Translations under genes and position numbers: made by a program | The notes under the pieces: model-generated | Databases searched by the model: none | Told to the model about the DNA's origin: nothing | The model's input: only the letters and a program-made list of their open reading frames with translations | In this document: positions 16,795 through 27,088 of the stretch, in pieces | Layout: each line of letters opens with the position of its first letter | Position numbering within the stretch: the first letter of the stretch is position 1 | NCBI GenBank assembly: GCA_965221155.1 | Contig: OZ244869.1 | Coordinates: 4,895,321 to 4,959,320, forward strand | DNA from: an uncultured Candidatus Binatia bacterium | GTDB taxonomy: Bacteria; Desulfobacterota; Binatia; UBA9968; JAJDTQ01 | Length of the DNA stretch: 64,000 nt | Direction: 5' to 3'

Positions 16795-18471
16795 CTATAA
16801 CCCGGATATTACTGTCCTTGTCCTTCGGATCCCTTGAACCATCCGGCCGATCTCTTGAAACGCCGTTTGCATGCGCTCCGGATCGCTGTTTTCGACAAAA
16901 GCGTGTTCTTCGGACGTCGCACAAGCGACGAGCCGTTCACGCAACTCCTGCTCCCTCGGGTGGCCGTTCGGCACCGCCGAAACGGTGAACACGGTGATGC
17001 CGTCGGCTTTCGCGAACTCGCAGGATTCCAGGAAGATCGCGTTGAGGATATCGCGGTCCTCGCTGTCGTTGCCCAGATCCGTCAACCGGGTCCCCGCCCG
17101 ATAACCTTCTTCGAGGCTGCCGCTCCCGGCCCGGCCGTATCCGGTATACTGCGAAGTATATTCCGTGCGGGAAACATTGCCGCGCCGGTAGTTCCCGGGG
17201 TAGGTCCGCTGGCTGTCGTAGGCATCGTTGATGCCGTCACTCAGGAGCACCAGAACCTTCTGCTTGCCCAGCTCCGTCCGGTCATCCTCCGGAAGGCCCC
17301 AGGCGTTTCGCCATTCGGGAGCCAGCAGCCGCCTTCCCCACACGGCCCCCAGATGCGTCATGGTGCCGCCGCCGGACCAGGGTTGCAGATTCGCAATCGC
17401 CTGCTCCACCGTTTCGCGGTCGGTGGTGAGCGGAACGATCTCGTCGCGCGGGCAACCATAGTGCGGGCTGCTCGAATAATCTTCATGAGGGTTGTCGGCG
17501 GACCAGTCGTTCTCGCCACGCACCTCCGCGCCGGTCTCCGCGGCCAGCGCGGCGCGCTCCGCGGGGCGGAATTCCAGCGTGCTCGGCGAAAACCACGTCG
17601 TGAACGGCGCCTCGCCGGGCGTGACGAGGGAGAGATCCAGATCGTCTTCCTGCTCACGGTGTTCGATGCAGCCGCGCCAGGGGCCGAACCCCGGGGGGAT
17701 GGCCTTGTGTCCCTGGCCCAGGTCGCTCACCCAATCCTGCCGCGCCGCCCCGACATTGACGGTGGTGTTGAACGGCACCAGGCCAACCGACATATGCCCG
17801 GTGTCGCCCACTTCCTGGTCGTACAGAGCAGCCACCAGGACTTGCGCCGCGTTTCGGACGACGTTGATCCGGCGGTCTTCCTCGGGAAACAAGATCCCTG
17901 CTCCCGTATGGATGCTGCTGTTCATCGAACCGGTGACGTCGATCGCCAGCACCAGATCGACGGGGGCCACAATGCGCTCGGCGCCGCTTGCAGCGTTGGT
18001 TTTTTCGATCAGCCGACCCCAAATATGCCGGCCGACAATTGCTCCGCCGAGGTCGGCGGACGCCTCAACGCCGATAACGCCGGCTTCGCGATCCGGTGTG
18101 AGGGTTAGCTCCAGCGTATCCGCCGCCAACTCACGAGCCCCCTCGGACAGGTTGGCCAGAATATAACGTCTGGCCAACGGCTTCAGTTGCTCAGCGATCT
18201 CCTCCTCGGTCAAACCGGCGTCGAGTTTGGCCAGGTGCTGCGTCGCCGCAAGGCTCGCCGAAGCGGCGGCGGCCTGCAGAACGTTGCGATGATGGAGCAG
18301 TACGACATGATCGCTGACGAACGCGGTGCCCGTGAAGCACATCAAGGCGATGAACACGGACGAGATTCCAACCGCGCCGGCCCGCGTGTCGCCAAAAAAA
18401 CCGTCCATGAGCCCGGACCGGCCGGCGAACCCGCACGACCCTTGCTTTGTTGCTCCGTCCCCCACCGTCAC
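16795..18471 (-). CDS. tadG: TadG-like pilus-associated protein with TadE-like N-terminus and vWA domain
   Basis: GTG start overlaps the tadE stop (GTGA). N-terminal hydrophobic segment AGAVGISSVFIALMCFTG. vWA MIDAS motif VLAIDVTGSM. Confidence 0.65.
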   Translation of the reverse strand: MTVGDGATKQGSCGFAGRSGLMDGFFGDTRAGAVGISSVFIALMCFTGTAFVSDHVVLLHHRNVLQAAAASASLAATQHLAKLDAGLTEEEIAEQLKPLARRYILANLSEGARELAADTLELTLTPDREAGVIGVEASADLGGAIVGRHIWGRLIEKTNAASGAERIVAPVDLVLAIDVTGSMNSSIHTGAGILFPEEDRRINVVRNAAQVLVAALYDQEVGDTGHMSVGLVPFNTTVNVGAARQDWVSDLGQGHKAIPPGFGPWRGCIEHREQEDDLDLSLVTPGEAPFTTWFSPSTLEFRPAERAALAAETGAEVRGENDWSADNPHEDYSSSPHYGCPRDEIVPLTTDRETVEQAIANLQPWSGGGTMTHLGAVWGRRLLAPEWRNAWGLPEDDRTELGKQKVLVLLSDGINDAYDSQRTYPGNYRRGNVSRTEYTSQYTGYGRAGSGSLEEGYRAGTRLTDLGNDSEDRDILNAIFLESCEFAKADGITVFTVSAVPNGHPREQELRERLVACATSEEHAFVENSDPERMQTAFQEIGRMVQGIRRTRTVISGL

Positions 18472-19118
18472 GACGGCTCCTCCGGCACCCTATCGCCGCG
18501 CACCGGAAGGATCTGATGTTGGTAGAAAAACGTCGGAAACAGGTTGCCCGACAACAACCCGCCGCCCACGAACGCCCGGGGCAACAGGTCGACGCAGACC
18601 TCTACCACGACGACCATCTCACCGGGCTCCATCCCAAGCTCCGTCTGCAGCACCACTTCCCCGTCACTGGAATCGCCGAGCCGGCCGCAGGTCTCGCCAA
18701 ACTCCAGCGGGGGGGAGTCGGGGTCTTCGCCGACGGCGGTCTTCCGGTTCCACCGCACGACGACCGGTGGGTCAGGCTCCAATGCGGTTGCATCGGACCG
18801 GCTGACCGCCGATACCACGAAGGCCACCTGCGACGGCAGCGCGATCTCTTTGCGATACGAGAACGCGGCCAGGTCGTCGATTAACGCGGCCTGCGGCGCC
18901 TGCTCCAGCGAGACATAGTCCGCCATGGTGGTCGCCGCGCGCAAAGCCACCGATTGGGTATTGATCACACGGTACAGGTCCAGGCCGGCCACCGCCGTCG
19001 TGACGATGAGAACGGAGCCGATCACGAACTCGACGCTGGCCGAGCCCCGCCTGTCCCGCATCCAGGACGAGAGGATCGTCGAGAGCCAAACCGTCAGTGG
19101 ACCCACCAAGGTATTCAT
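18468..19118 (-). CDS. tadE: TadE-like pseudopilin
   Basis: N-terminus RDRRGSASVEFVIGSVLIVTTAV (TadE N-terminal motif). Start overlaps the tadF stop (ATGA). Confidence 0.6.
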   Translation of the reverse strand: MNTLVGPLTVWLSTILSSWMRDRRGSASVEFVIGSVLIVTTAVAGLDLYRVINTQSVALRAATTMADYVSLEQAPQAALIDDLAAFSYRKEIALPSQVAFVVSAVSRSDATALEPDPPVVVRWNRKTAVGEDPDSPPLEFGETCGRLGDSSDGEVVLQTELGMEPGEMVVVVEVCVDLLPRAFVGGGLLSGNLFPTFFYQHQILPVRGDRVPEEPS

Positions 19119-19744
19119 CGAATTGTCACCGACTCCACCTCGGGTTGGGGCAACCCCACCGTTCGTTCGTTTCGCGCCACCGCCAGCGCACGGACGGTGA
19201 AATCGTCGGCCTGTAGCCTCTGTTTCATCCAGCCAAGCGGCGTCTGGGGCGTGAAGCCCAGGCGCACCACCACCATGTCACCGGCGTCCCCGCCAAGCAG
19301 GCCATTTTCGCCCCCGGACAATTCGCCTAGCAACATCGTCGAGGGGTTGTCGTAGACGTCGATCTCGATCCTCAAGAGATCGGGATCCACGCTGTCCCCT
19401 AGCTCGGCCCGTATTGCCCCCAGTGCCCGCTCAAGCAACTGCTCTTCGGTCTCTGCCGCCTGTTCTTGCAGTGAGGCGTCTCTCGCCACCGCGTGGGCCG
19501 CGCGATCCAGGAGGTCCCTGACGAACAAGGTATTCACGACTTCAAACACGCTACCCGCCACAACCACCATGAAGCAGAGGCTAAAGACGCTCTCCAACGT
19601 CGTCACCGCCTGTCGCGCGGACCAGAAGGACCGCAGGCCTTTCGCCGCCGCCCGGCGACTGCGAACCCTTGCGGGAAGCAATTTGGATGCGAGAGAAGAT
19701 CTGTCAAGACTGTTCACGATTCGCGTTCCGATTTCACTCGTCAA
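19115..19744 (-). CDS. tadF: TadE/TadF-like pseudopilin
   Basis: Hydrophobic N-terminal segment TLESVFSLCFMVVVAGSVFEVV. First gene of the minus-strand tad operon. Confidence 0.5.
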   Translation of the reverse strand: MTSEIGTRIVNSLDRSSLASKLLPARVRSRRAAAKGLRSFWSARQAVTTLESVFSLCFMVVVAGSVFEVVNTLFVRDLLDRAAHAVARDASLQEQAAETEEQLLERALGAIRAELGDSVDPDLLRIEIDVYDNPSTMLLGELSGGENGLLGGDAGDMVVVRLGFTPQTPLGWMKQRLQADDFTVRALAVARNERTVGLPQPEVESVTIR

Positions 19745-19800
19745 TTTGACGATACGCCAACAAATTTACAAGATAAGGACAAGTTGACGATATACGTAGT

Positions 19801-19817
19801 TAGCATGAATCGTGCCA
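19801..19817 (-). promoter_or_regulatory. candidate sigma-54 (-24/-12) promoter of the tad operon
   Basis: Minus strand reads TGGCACGattcATGCTa against the consensus TGGCAC-N5-TTGCW. It lies ~55 nt upstream of the tadF start and 190 nt downstream of a palindromic enhancer-like site; an NtrC-type activator is encoded immediately upstream. Confidence 0.45.
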
Positions 19818-19990
19818 CTAGGGCGGGATACGGATAAGTTAATGCAAATCGGGTAGTTGGGGAGATACCCGCGTGGCGACCGGACGCCTTTGTAGTGTTG
19901 CAGAACTATCGAGCGAGGGAGCGGGCGACCTTCAGAAATGGGCCACAACCCCTTGATTATTCATCATTTATACAAGAAACCGGAGAAATT

Positions 19991-20023
19991 GTTGCAGTTT
20001 GCAACAAAGTTGCAAACTGCAAC
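19991..20023. promoter_or_regulatory. perfect 15-bp inverted repeat with 3-bp spacer (GTTGCAGTTTGCAAC-AAA-GTTGCAAACTGCAAC): candidate enhancer/UAS for the sigma-54 activator
   Basis: Read directly from the sequence. An AT-rich, bendable segment lies between this site and the -24/-12 element. Confidence 0.45.
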
Positions 20024-20046
20024 ATGCGCGCGCCAAAGTGTCAGGT

Positions 20047-21912
20047 TCAGTCCTTGGCGAGCAGGCCGTATTTCTTCAGTTTCCGGTGCAGGGTCACCCG
20101 GTCGATGCCCAATGCCCGGGCCGCCTGCGTGATGTTGTTGCCCGAGGCTTCGAGCGCTTGGGCCAGCGCCCGCCGCTCGACTTCCACCAGCGGCCGGACC
20201 GACGCCGGTGTGGAGTGATCGCTTGAGGAAACATGGGGCAGGAAGAGCTGGGGCGGGAGGCTGTCCGCTTGCAGCACGTCGGTCTTCTCCAACAGAACGG
20301 CGCGCTCGATTGCGTTTTCGAGCTCGCGCACGTTGCCGGGCCAATCGTACTGGAGCAACAGACGCAACGCCGCGGTGGAGATGCCGCTCATGGATCGATC
20401 GCTGCGTTCGGCGTATTTCTTCAGAAAATGGTTGGCCAGCAAGGGAATGTCTTCACGATGCTGCCTGAGCGGCGGCATCACGATGGGGAACACAGCGATG
20501 CGATAGAACAGGTCTTCCCGGAACTCCCCCACCTTGACCGCAGCCTCCAGGTCCTTGTTGGTCGCCACGATCACCCGGATGTCGACGGGGACGGTGACGG
20601 CGCCACCCACTCGCTGGATTTCCCGCTCCTGCAGCACCCGCAACAGCTTGGCTTGCAGCGCCGGCCGCATGTCGCCGATCTCGTCGAGGAGGATCGTTCC
20701 CCCCTTGGCGCGCTCGAAGGCGCCGATTCTCTGCCTCGTCGCCCCGGTGAAAGCCCCCCGTTCATGGCCGAACAACTCACTTTCCATGAGCGCCTCGGGA
20801 ATGGCGGCGCAGTTGATGGCCAGAAACGGCCCATCTTTCCGCGGGCTGTTGAAGTGGAACGATTTTGCCACCAACTCCTTGCCGGTCCCGCTCTCGCCCT
20901 GGAGCAGCACCGTAATGTCGCTTTCCGCGGCCTGCCTCATCAGCGCGTACACCTGCTGCATGGGAGGGCTGGCGCCTACCATGCCGTCAAAGGAGTAGGC
21001 CGTCTCCAGCTCGGCGCGCAAGCGCAATACTTCCACCTTCATCCGCTCTGCCTCCACCTCCTTGGATACGTCCCGGTACACATGGAGGCTGCCCATGACC
21101 TCTCCCTGACCGTCATGCACCGGCGCAGTCTTTCGATAGAACAGCCGCTGTTCCGGCACGGTACCCGCGGCGCTTTCCTCCCCCAGGGCGCCGCCCTCCT
21201 TGAAGATGAACCTGCCCTCGACGTCGGGCAGGTCCGGCTCCCGGAACCGTTCCCGGAACTGCGCCGCGAGCGCATCCGGCGAGAGCTCCTTCAACTCGTT
21301 TTCCGTCAGGTCGGACAACTTCTCGTAGCCTCGATTGGCGAACACCAGGTGCCCGGTGAGGTCGTACATGGCCATGGCCTCCCCGGTGGTGTTGAGCACG
21401 GCTTCCAGCCTTTGATGGCCGATGGCAAGCTGCCGCCGTTTCTCCGCCAACTCCTGCTCGACGTTCCACTTGCCGACCAGGGACAGCGTGATCTGCTGGA
21501 TCTCCTCGCGGGCGAAGGGCTTTCGGATATAGAGCGTCTTGTGAAGCAGATCCACTTTCTGGATGATCTCGGGCAGAGACCTGTCGGTGTAAGCGGTCAT
21601 GATGACGAACTCGACCTCGCGGTCGACCTCTCTCATACGGCGGATCGTTTCGATACCGTCGACGCCCGGAGGCATTCGGATGTCGATGTAGGCAACGGCA
21701 ATGGGACGGTCCCATTCCTTTCCAGCTCTCACGATCTCGCAGGCTTCCTCTCCGTTCCTGGCGTGAAGCAACTGGAACTCCGGCGGAAAGGACCGCTCTT
21801 CCTCGACGACGAACGCGGCCGCCAGCTCCGACGCCGCCAACAGTTGCGGTTTCAACATTTCTCTAAAGTCGTCGTGAATCTCTCTCTGGTCATCGACGAC
21901 CAAGACGCGCAT
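20047..21912 (-). CDS. sigma-54-dependent response regulator (REC-PAS-AAA+-HTH, NtrC family)
   Basis: Track ORF 20047..21942 trimmed to MRVLVVDDQ. Walker [15 protein letters not shown] motif, C-terminal HTH ([24 protein letters not shown]). Confidence 0.85.
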   Translation of the reverse strand: MRVLVVDDQREIHDDFREMLKPQLLAASELAAAFVVEEERSFPPEFQLLHARNGEEACEIVRAGKEWDRPIAVAYIDIRMPPGVDGIETIRRMREVDREVEFVIMTAYTDRSLPEIIQKVDLLHKTLYIRKPFAREEIQQITLSLVGKWNVEQELAEKRRQLAIGHQRLEAVLNTTGEAMAMYDLTGHLVFANRGYEKLSDLTENELKELSPDALAAQFRERFREPDLPDVEGRFIFKEGGALGEESAAGTVPEQRLFYRKTAPVHDGQGEVMGSLHVYRDVSKEVEAERMKVEVLRLRAELETAYSFDGMVGASPPMQQVYALMRQAAESDITVLLQGESGTGKELVAKSFHFNSPRKDGPFLAINCAAIPEALMESELFGHERGAFTGATRQRIGAFERAKGGTILLDEIGDMRPALQAKLLRVLQEREIQRVGGAVTVPVDIRVIVATNKDLEAAVKVGEFREDLFYRIAVFPIVMPPLRQHREDIPLLANHFLKKYAERSDRSMSGISTAALRLLLQYDWPGNVRELENAIERAVLLEKTDVLQADSLPPQLFLPHVSSSDHSTPASVRPLVEVERRALAQALEASGNNITQAARALGIDRVTLHRKLKKYGLLAKD

Positions 21913-21935
21913 GTTGGCGTATTCCCTGAAGTCCA

Positions 21936-24098
21936 TCAGCAATCCTCTCCGTGGTCCACGATAGCCGGGGTTCTTGCCTTTTCGACCGGGCGGGCCAGTT
22001 GCCTTGGGGGGAGTCGCAGGCTGACGCGCACGGTCGCGCCCTTGCCGACGCCGTCGCTTGAAAGGTCGATCCGCCCACCCGATCCAACGACGAAATTCGC
22101 GGCCGAATGGAGACCAAGGCCGGTGCCCGATTCTTTCGTGGTATAGCCGGCGGCAAAGAACATCCGGGTATCCTTACCACCGAACCCGATGCCGTCATCG
22201 ATCACTTCAAGGTTGAGAAAATCCCCCTCCGTGCCGGCCCGTATCCGAATGCGAGGCTCTTCCTTGAGTCCGTCCGACTCTCGGAGCTCGTGAATCGCCT
22301 GCACCGAATTCTGGATCAAATTGACCATCATCTGATGAAACTGACTCTCCTGAATCCTGACCTCTTTCGGCGCCTCCGCGCAGTCGACGTCGATCCGGAT
22401 CCCGCCATTGTCGAGCGAATCCCGCACTACCTTGACGGCATCCGAGAGCGCATTCCGAAGGTTGACATCTTTCCGGCTCATACCCGAACTGCCAGGCGAC
22501 TTCTGGGTACGCACAATATCAGCGATGTGCTTCGCCCTGTCTCTGACGCGCTCAACCGTCCTTGCCAACCCTCTGTTGTGTCTGACGAAGTCTTCGGCGA
22601 GGGCGATAATGAACGGCCTCACCTTCTGGCCTTGCGAGTCGTTCTTGATGTAGTCGATCCAATCATCCCGGTGCGGCTTTATGGCGTCGGCAAGGGCGCG
22701 GAGGCGGCGCACCAACTGATCGTTCATGAAATTCTGGTAGAGGGTCTCGGTTCCCGTGGTTACGCTGTTGATGGCGTTGCCGATGTTGTGAAGGATGGTA
22801 TCGACCACCTCCAACCGTCCTTGGGCGAATGCCTCCACCAATGCCTCTTCAGCGAGCACCCGATCGGTGACGTCGCGGAAAATGAGGACACCCCCTCTGA
22901 TCTCGGCGGCGTCGTTCAGGAGCGGCCGCGCGCTCGTCCAGAGGTAAATGCCGCCGTTCGGGTGGTTCGGCCTGCGGACGAATATGTTCATGTCGTCAGT
23001 GGCCTCGCCGTTGAAGATGGCCCGGGGAAGCGGCAGGTCCTCGTTGTCGATGGGCGTCACACGATCGGAATAGTAATAGACATCGTTGGATTTTTCCGGC
23101 CATTTGCCCTGGCGCCTGACGAGGTATTCCTGGTCGAGAATCTCCTTGGCGCCGGGATTGACGTAGAGGAACTCTCCGCTTTGGTCGCTGACGATGATGC
23201 CTTCCCGGATGCTGTCAAGAACGGTTTGCAGCAGCTCGCTCTGTTCCCTCATCTCACCTATGGTTTGTTGCAGGCGGGTTTCCGTCTCCTTCCTGCCGGT
23301 AATGTCCTGAAAAACGATGACGCCTCCCGCTTGCCTCTTGGAGGTGTCCTTCAGAGGCCGGCCGGTGACGCTGACATAGACGCCCTGGGGGTGCTGCTCA
23401 TTACGCACGAAGACCTCAAGCCCGTCCGTATCCTGGCCGCGCATGGCAAGCACGAGCGGATTCTCGTCCACCGGCAGGAAAGTTTCCTTGTCGAGACGAA
23501 AAACACCATGCAGCGCGGCCCATTCATCGATCTTGTCGGTGGGTTCACGCATGCCGCCGATCCGTACCGCGCCTGAATTGAAAGCCAGGCGCTGCCCGTT
23601 TTGATCCGTAGCGATGACGCCCTCTTCCATACTGTTGAAAATGACGTTCATCATATCGAGTTGATTCCGCATCTCATCGATTTCGCGCTCAAACCGGCTC
23701 ATGGCCTCCCTATGCCCGCTTTCCCGCCCGCGCAGAGAAAGAGCGTTCAGGAGGTTCAGGCGCAGTTGCCGCCGGTCGAACGGCTTCAGCACATAGCCGA
23801 ACGGAAAGGCCGTTGGAGCCGGTGGACACGGGTTTTCCTCGGCGCCGTCCGTCAGACAGACCACGGGAACGTCGAGCTCGCTCCCGATCCGTCCGGCCGC
23901 TTCGAGGCCGTTCACCTCCGCTTCAAGGTCGAGATCGATCAAGGCCGCATCGGGAGCTGCTTCCGGCGCTTTTTCAATGGCTTCGGCCGCGGACGCGGCC
24001 ACCGCGCACACCGTGAAACCAAGACCCCGCAGGCATTGCTCCAAACCCTCGGCGCCGGGCCCGTCGCTCCGGACAACCAGTATCCTTGCATTCGTCAT
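21936..24098 (-). CDS. hybrid sensor histidine kinase (atypical REC - 2x PAS - HisKA/HATPase)
   Basis: N-terminal receiver lacks the DD pair ([10 protein letters not shown]). Two PAS-like regions, then a kinase core (...GTGLGLHSA). Overlaps the regulator gene by 7 nt. Confidence 0.7.
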   Translation of the reverse strand: MTNARILVVRSDGPGAEGLEQCLRGLGFTVCAVAASAAEAIEKAPEAAPDAALIDLDLEAEVNGLEAAGRIGSELDVPVVCLTDGAEENPCPPAPTAFPFGYVLKPFDRRQLRLNLLNALSLRGRESGHREAMSRFEREIDEMRNQLDMMNVIFNSMEEGVIATDQNGQRLAFNSGAVRIGGMREPTDKIDEWAALHGVFRLDKETFLPVDENPLVLAMRGQDTDGLEVFVRNEQHPQGVYVSVTGRPLKDTSKRQAGGVIVFQDITGRKETETRLQQTIGEMREQSELLQTVLDSIREGIIVSDQSGEFLYVNPGAKEILDQEYLVRRQGKWPEKSNDVYYYSDRVTPIDNEDLPLPRAIFNGEATDDMNIFVRRPNHPNGGIYLWTSARPLLNDAAEIRGGVLIFRDVTDRVLAEEALVEAFAQGRLEVVDTILHNIGNAINSVTTGTETLYQNFMNDQLVRRLRALADAIKPHRDDWIDYIKNDSQGQKVRPFIIALAEDFVRHNRGLARTVERVRDRAKHIADIVRTQKSPGSSGMSRKDVNLRNALSDAVKVVRDSLDNGGIRIDVDCAEAPKEVRIQESQFHQMMVNLIQNSVQAIHELRESDGLKEEPRIRIRAGTEGDFLNLEVIDDGIGFGGKDTRMFFAAGYTTKESGTGLGLHSAANFVVGSGGRIDLSSDGVGKGATVRVSLRLPPRQLARPVEKARTPAIVDHGEDC

Positions 24099-24169
24099 CG
24101 CGTTCTCATCCCTTCCCTTCCATGCTCCTCACGCCTGTCAATGGTGTTCCTGTCCCGAGTCGCCGGCAA

Positions 24170-24215
24170 GGATACAACAATTTTTATAAATTACAAAAAT
24201 TTTTCACATATGAAG
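24170..24215. promoter_or_regulatory. strongly AT-rich island (caacaatttttataaattacaaaaatttttcacatatgaag) in a 556-bp intergenic region
   Basis: Base composition departs sharply from the ~68 % GC background. Divergent promoter region between the kinase gene (<-24098) and the ispH-like gene (24655->). Confidence 0.3.
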
Positions 24216-24265
24216 ACCCCCAGGCCCACGCAGGCCGGATGAGCGGAGCGTGATCCGGCTCGGGA

Positions 24266-24316
24266 AGCCGCACCCGCGTGTGGTTCTCCACCAGGATGGC
24301 GTCCCGCCCCTGGCCA
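24266..24316 (+). other. ~48-bp fragment identical (2 mismatches) to an internal segment of cpaE (13640-13690), antisense to the cpaE mRNA if transcribed from the + strand
   Basis: cccgcgtgtggttctccaccaggatggcgtcccgcccct occurs at both loci. Track ORFs at both loci share the peptides GRDAILVENHTR and ARGGTPSWWRTTRG. Confidence 0.6.
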
Positions 24317-24654
24317 AGCCGCGCCGCCGGGCGCGGAAGCCGGGCTGCCACCAGCGGAGGAGAGGCACGATGCTCGCGTAGTCGTCCGTCCAGGCCCGGA
24401 CGCGGCCGGGAGAACCGAGAGAGGGCCATCCGGGGCAAGGACGCGCAGGTAGATCCGGAACGCCTCCAGTGTGAGCAGGTGGACCGGGATCGCATCGGAG
24501 GCGAAAGTATCGAGGGCAAGGAAATCGAGGGTTCCCTGCCCGCGATCGAGGAGAAGCCGCGCGTGTCGGTGCGAAGGGGCGGCGCGGGATTGTAAAACCG
24601 GCTCCGATTTGCAAACATTCCGCAACCAGGTTCGTTTTCAGTCAGGAGGCTCTC

Positions 24655-25539
24655 ATGGAAGTGGTCAAGGTAGACTTCAAGCACACCAAGGGCATTCCGC
24701 CCAGCGGTCTCTGCGTGGGCGTGCATCGCGCCGGCGCCATGCACCAGAAGATGGTGCAGAAGCACGGCGACGGCATCGCCGTCTGGTCTCTCCGACCCGA
24801 GAACGACTTCATCGCCTTCAAGGCGCTGGAGGACGAAGAGGGCATCCGCTCCACCAACGACATGGACTCCATCAAGGATGAGAAGCTCATCTACGGGGTC
24901 CGCGGCGCGCCGCCGGAGGTTCGCCGGCAGGCGCGGGAGCAGGGTCTCGAGCTCTTGGCCGACGCCACGTGCCCCTTCGTCGTGCAGCAGGAGGAGGCGG
25001 AGTTGGAGCTGCTGGATCAAGGTTGCCACCTGGTCATCCTGAGCAGCCGGACGCACCACGGCATCCCGCGCCTCATGGGCATCGCCAAGGAGAAGGAACG
25101 GGAGGTGTTCATCGTCGAGAACGAGGACGACGTGAAGGACATCCGCCTGACCCGGTTCGAGCCCGTCGGGGTCATCGTCCAGACGACGTTCTGGATGGAC
25201 AGCTACAAGAAGATCATGGCCCTGATCCTGGAGCGGTTCGCCAACGTCCGCATCCGCAACACCGCCTGCATCGACTCGCTGCAGCGGTTGCCGAAGGTCG
25301 AGGAGCTGGCGCGCGACGTGGAGGCGGTGGTCATCTTCGGCTGGACCGAGGGAATGACCAATCGCATGGAGGAGGTGGCGAAGGCCTTCAACGACAACGT
25401 CTACCGCATCGAGAAGATCGAAGACCTGGATCGCGCGTGGTTCACGGGGAAATCCAGGATCGGCATCGTCGGCGCCAACGAGACCACCGATGAACTGGTG
25501 GAAAAGGCCGTGGAACGCATCAAGTCCATGGCCGCCTGA
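24655..25539 (+). CDS. IspH/LytB-family [4Fe-4S] protein, divergent paralog
   Basis: All three cluster cysteines aligned (GLCVGVHRAG; DATCPFVV; NTACIDSLQR) and the QTT motif present. The catalytic Glu (E. coli E126 in GHAGHPEVEG) is replaced (RTHHGIPR) and His74 is Arg. AGGAGG SD upstream. Confidence 0.6.
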   Translation: MEVVKVDFKHTKGIPPSGLCVGVHRAGAMHQKMVQKHGDGIAVWSLRPENDFIAFKALEDEEGIRSTNDMDSIKDEKLIYGVRGAPPEVRRQAREQGLELLADATCPFVVQQEEAELELLDQGCHLVILSSRTHHGIPRLMGIAKEKEREVFIVENEDDVKDIRLTRFEPVGVIVQTTFWMDSYKKIMALILERFANVRIRNTACIDSLQRLPKVEELARDVEAVVIFGWTEGMTNRMEEVAKAFNDNVYRIEKIEDLDRAWFTGKSRIGIVGANETTDELVEKAVERIKSMAA

Positions 25540-25551
25540 ACGGCGAAAAAC

Positions 25552-27018
25552 ATGTCCACGCTCAACACCATGGAAGCCAGGCTACCTTACCACGACCTCC
25601 GCGAATGGATGGCCCGGGCCGACGCCCTGGGCGAGCTCCGCACCGTCACCGGCGCGAGTTGGGAAGAGGACATCGGACTGGCCGCCGATGCGGTGATCCG
25701 GGTCGACGACGGGCCCGCGGTACTCTTCGACGAGGTCCCGGGCTGTCCCAAGGGATTTCGCGTCCTGATCAACACCTTCGCCGGCAAGCGCCGGAACATG
25801 ACGCTGGGATTTCCCGAACACCTCACCAAGCAGGAATTGAGCCAGGCCTTCTTCGACCACTACATCAAGGTGCAGCGGCGGCTGCCCCACGTGGTGGTGG
25901 ACGACGGACCGATATTCGAGAACGTCCTCACCGGCGACGACATCGACGTGACCCGGTTCCCCACCCCCAAGTGGCACGCGGACGACGGCGGCCGCTACAT
26001 CGGCACCGGCTGCTTCTGCGTAACCATCGACCCCGACGAGCGCTGGATCAACGTCGGCACCTACCGGGCCATGGTCCAGGACAAGAAGTCCGTGAGCCTG
26101 CTCTTCGTCCCCGGCAAGCACGCCCACATGCATCGCAAGAAGTACTTCGACAAGGGACAGCCCATGCCCGTGGCGCTGGTGGTGGGCGGCGACCCCATGT
26201 CGTTCTTCGTAGGAGGCACGGAGTTCCCCTACGGCGTGTGCGAGTTCGACGTGGTCGGCGGACTGCGCGGCACCCCCGTCGAAGTGGTGCGAGGCAAGGT
26301 CACCGGCCTCCCCATCCCCGCCAACGCCGAGATCGTGCTGGAAGGATTCCTGACCGCGGACAAGCGCGCGGTGGAAGGGCCGTTTGGCGAATGGACCGGT
26401 TACTATGCCGGCGGCGCCAGCGAACAGCCCACACTCGACATCCGGGCCATCTACCACCGCAACGATCCCATCATCCTGGGAGTTCCTCCGCTGGGAGCCG
26501 GCTCGGACGAGATGGCCCGCTACCGCGCCATCATGCGCTCGGCCATGCTCAAGCAGGAGCTGGCCAACGCCGGCGTCCCGGACGTGACTCAGGTGTGGTG
26601 CCACGAGGTCGGCGCCTCGCGCCTGCTGCACGGCATCGGCATCAAGCAGCGCTATCCCGGCCACGCCCGGCAGGCAGGCCTGCTGGCCTCCACCTGCGGC
26701 TCGGTGGTGTACGGCTGCAAGTTCGTCATCGTGGTGGACGACGACATCGACGTATCGAACCTGGAGGAGTTGATCTGGGCCATGCTCACGCGATGCGATC
26801 CCGAGACCTCCATCGAGATCCTGCGCAAGATGCGCACCTCCCCCGCCGACCCGCGGGTCACGCCGGACCAGCGCAAGGTCCACGACATCACCAACTCCCG
26901 CGTCGTCGTCGACGCCTGCCGTCCCTTCGAATGGTTCGACAAGTACCCCAAGGTCAACGCGCCCAGCCCCGAGGTAGTCCGCAAGGCCCATGAGAAATTC
27001 GGCTATCTGCTGGAGTGA
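25552..27018 (+). CDS. UbiD-family (prFMN-dependent) decarboxylase/carboxylase homolog
   Basis: 488 aa. Family-typical segments (GGRYIGTGCFCVTIDPDE; LLFVPGKHAHMHRKKY; GVPPLGAGSDEMARY). Starts 13 nt after the ispH-like stop. Confidence 0.7.
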   Translation: MSTLNTMEARLPYHDLREWMARADALGELRTVTGASWEEDIGLAADAVIRVDDGPAVLFDEVPGCPKGFRVLINTFAGKRRNMTLGFPEHLTKQELSQAFFDHYIKVQRRLPHVVVDDGPIFENVLTGDDIDVTRFPTPKWHADDGGRYIGTGCFCVTIDPDERWINVGTYRAMVQDKKSVSLLFVPGKHAHMHRKKYFDKGQPMPVALVVGGDPMSFFVGGTEFPYGVCEFDVVGGLRGTPVEVVRGKVTGLPIPANAEIVLEGFLTADKRAVEGPFGEWTGYYAGGASEQPTLDIRAIYHRNDPIILGVPPLGAGSDEMARYRAIMRSAMLKQELANAGVPDVTQVWCHEVGASRLLHGIGIKQRYPGHARQAGLLASTCGSVVYGCKFVIVVDDDIDVSNLEELIWAMLTRCDPETSIEILRKMRTSPADPRVTPDQRKVHDITNSRVVVDACRPFEWFDKYPKVNAPSPEVVRKAHEKFGYLLE

Positions 27019-27088
27019 GAGCCCCCGTGGCCTTTCCCTGCGCGAATCTGCCTGCGCACTGCGCGGTAAAGGTCACTAGGAAGGCCGC

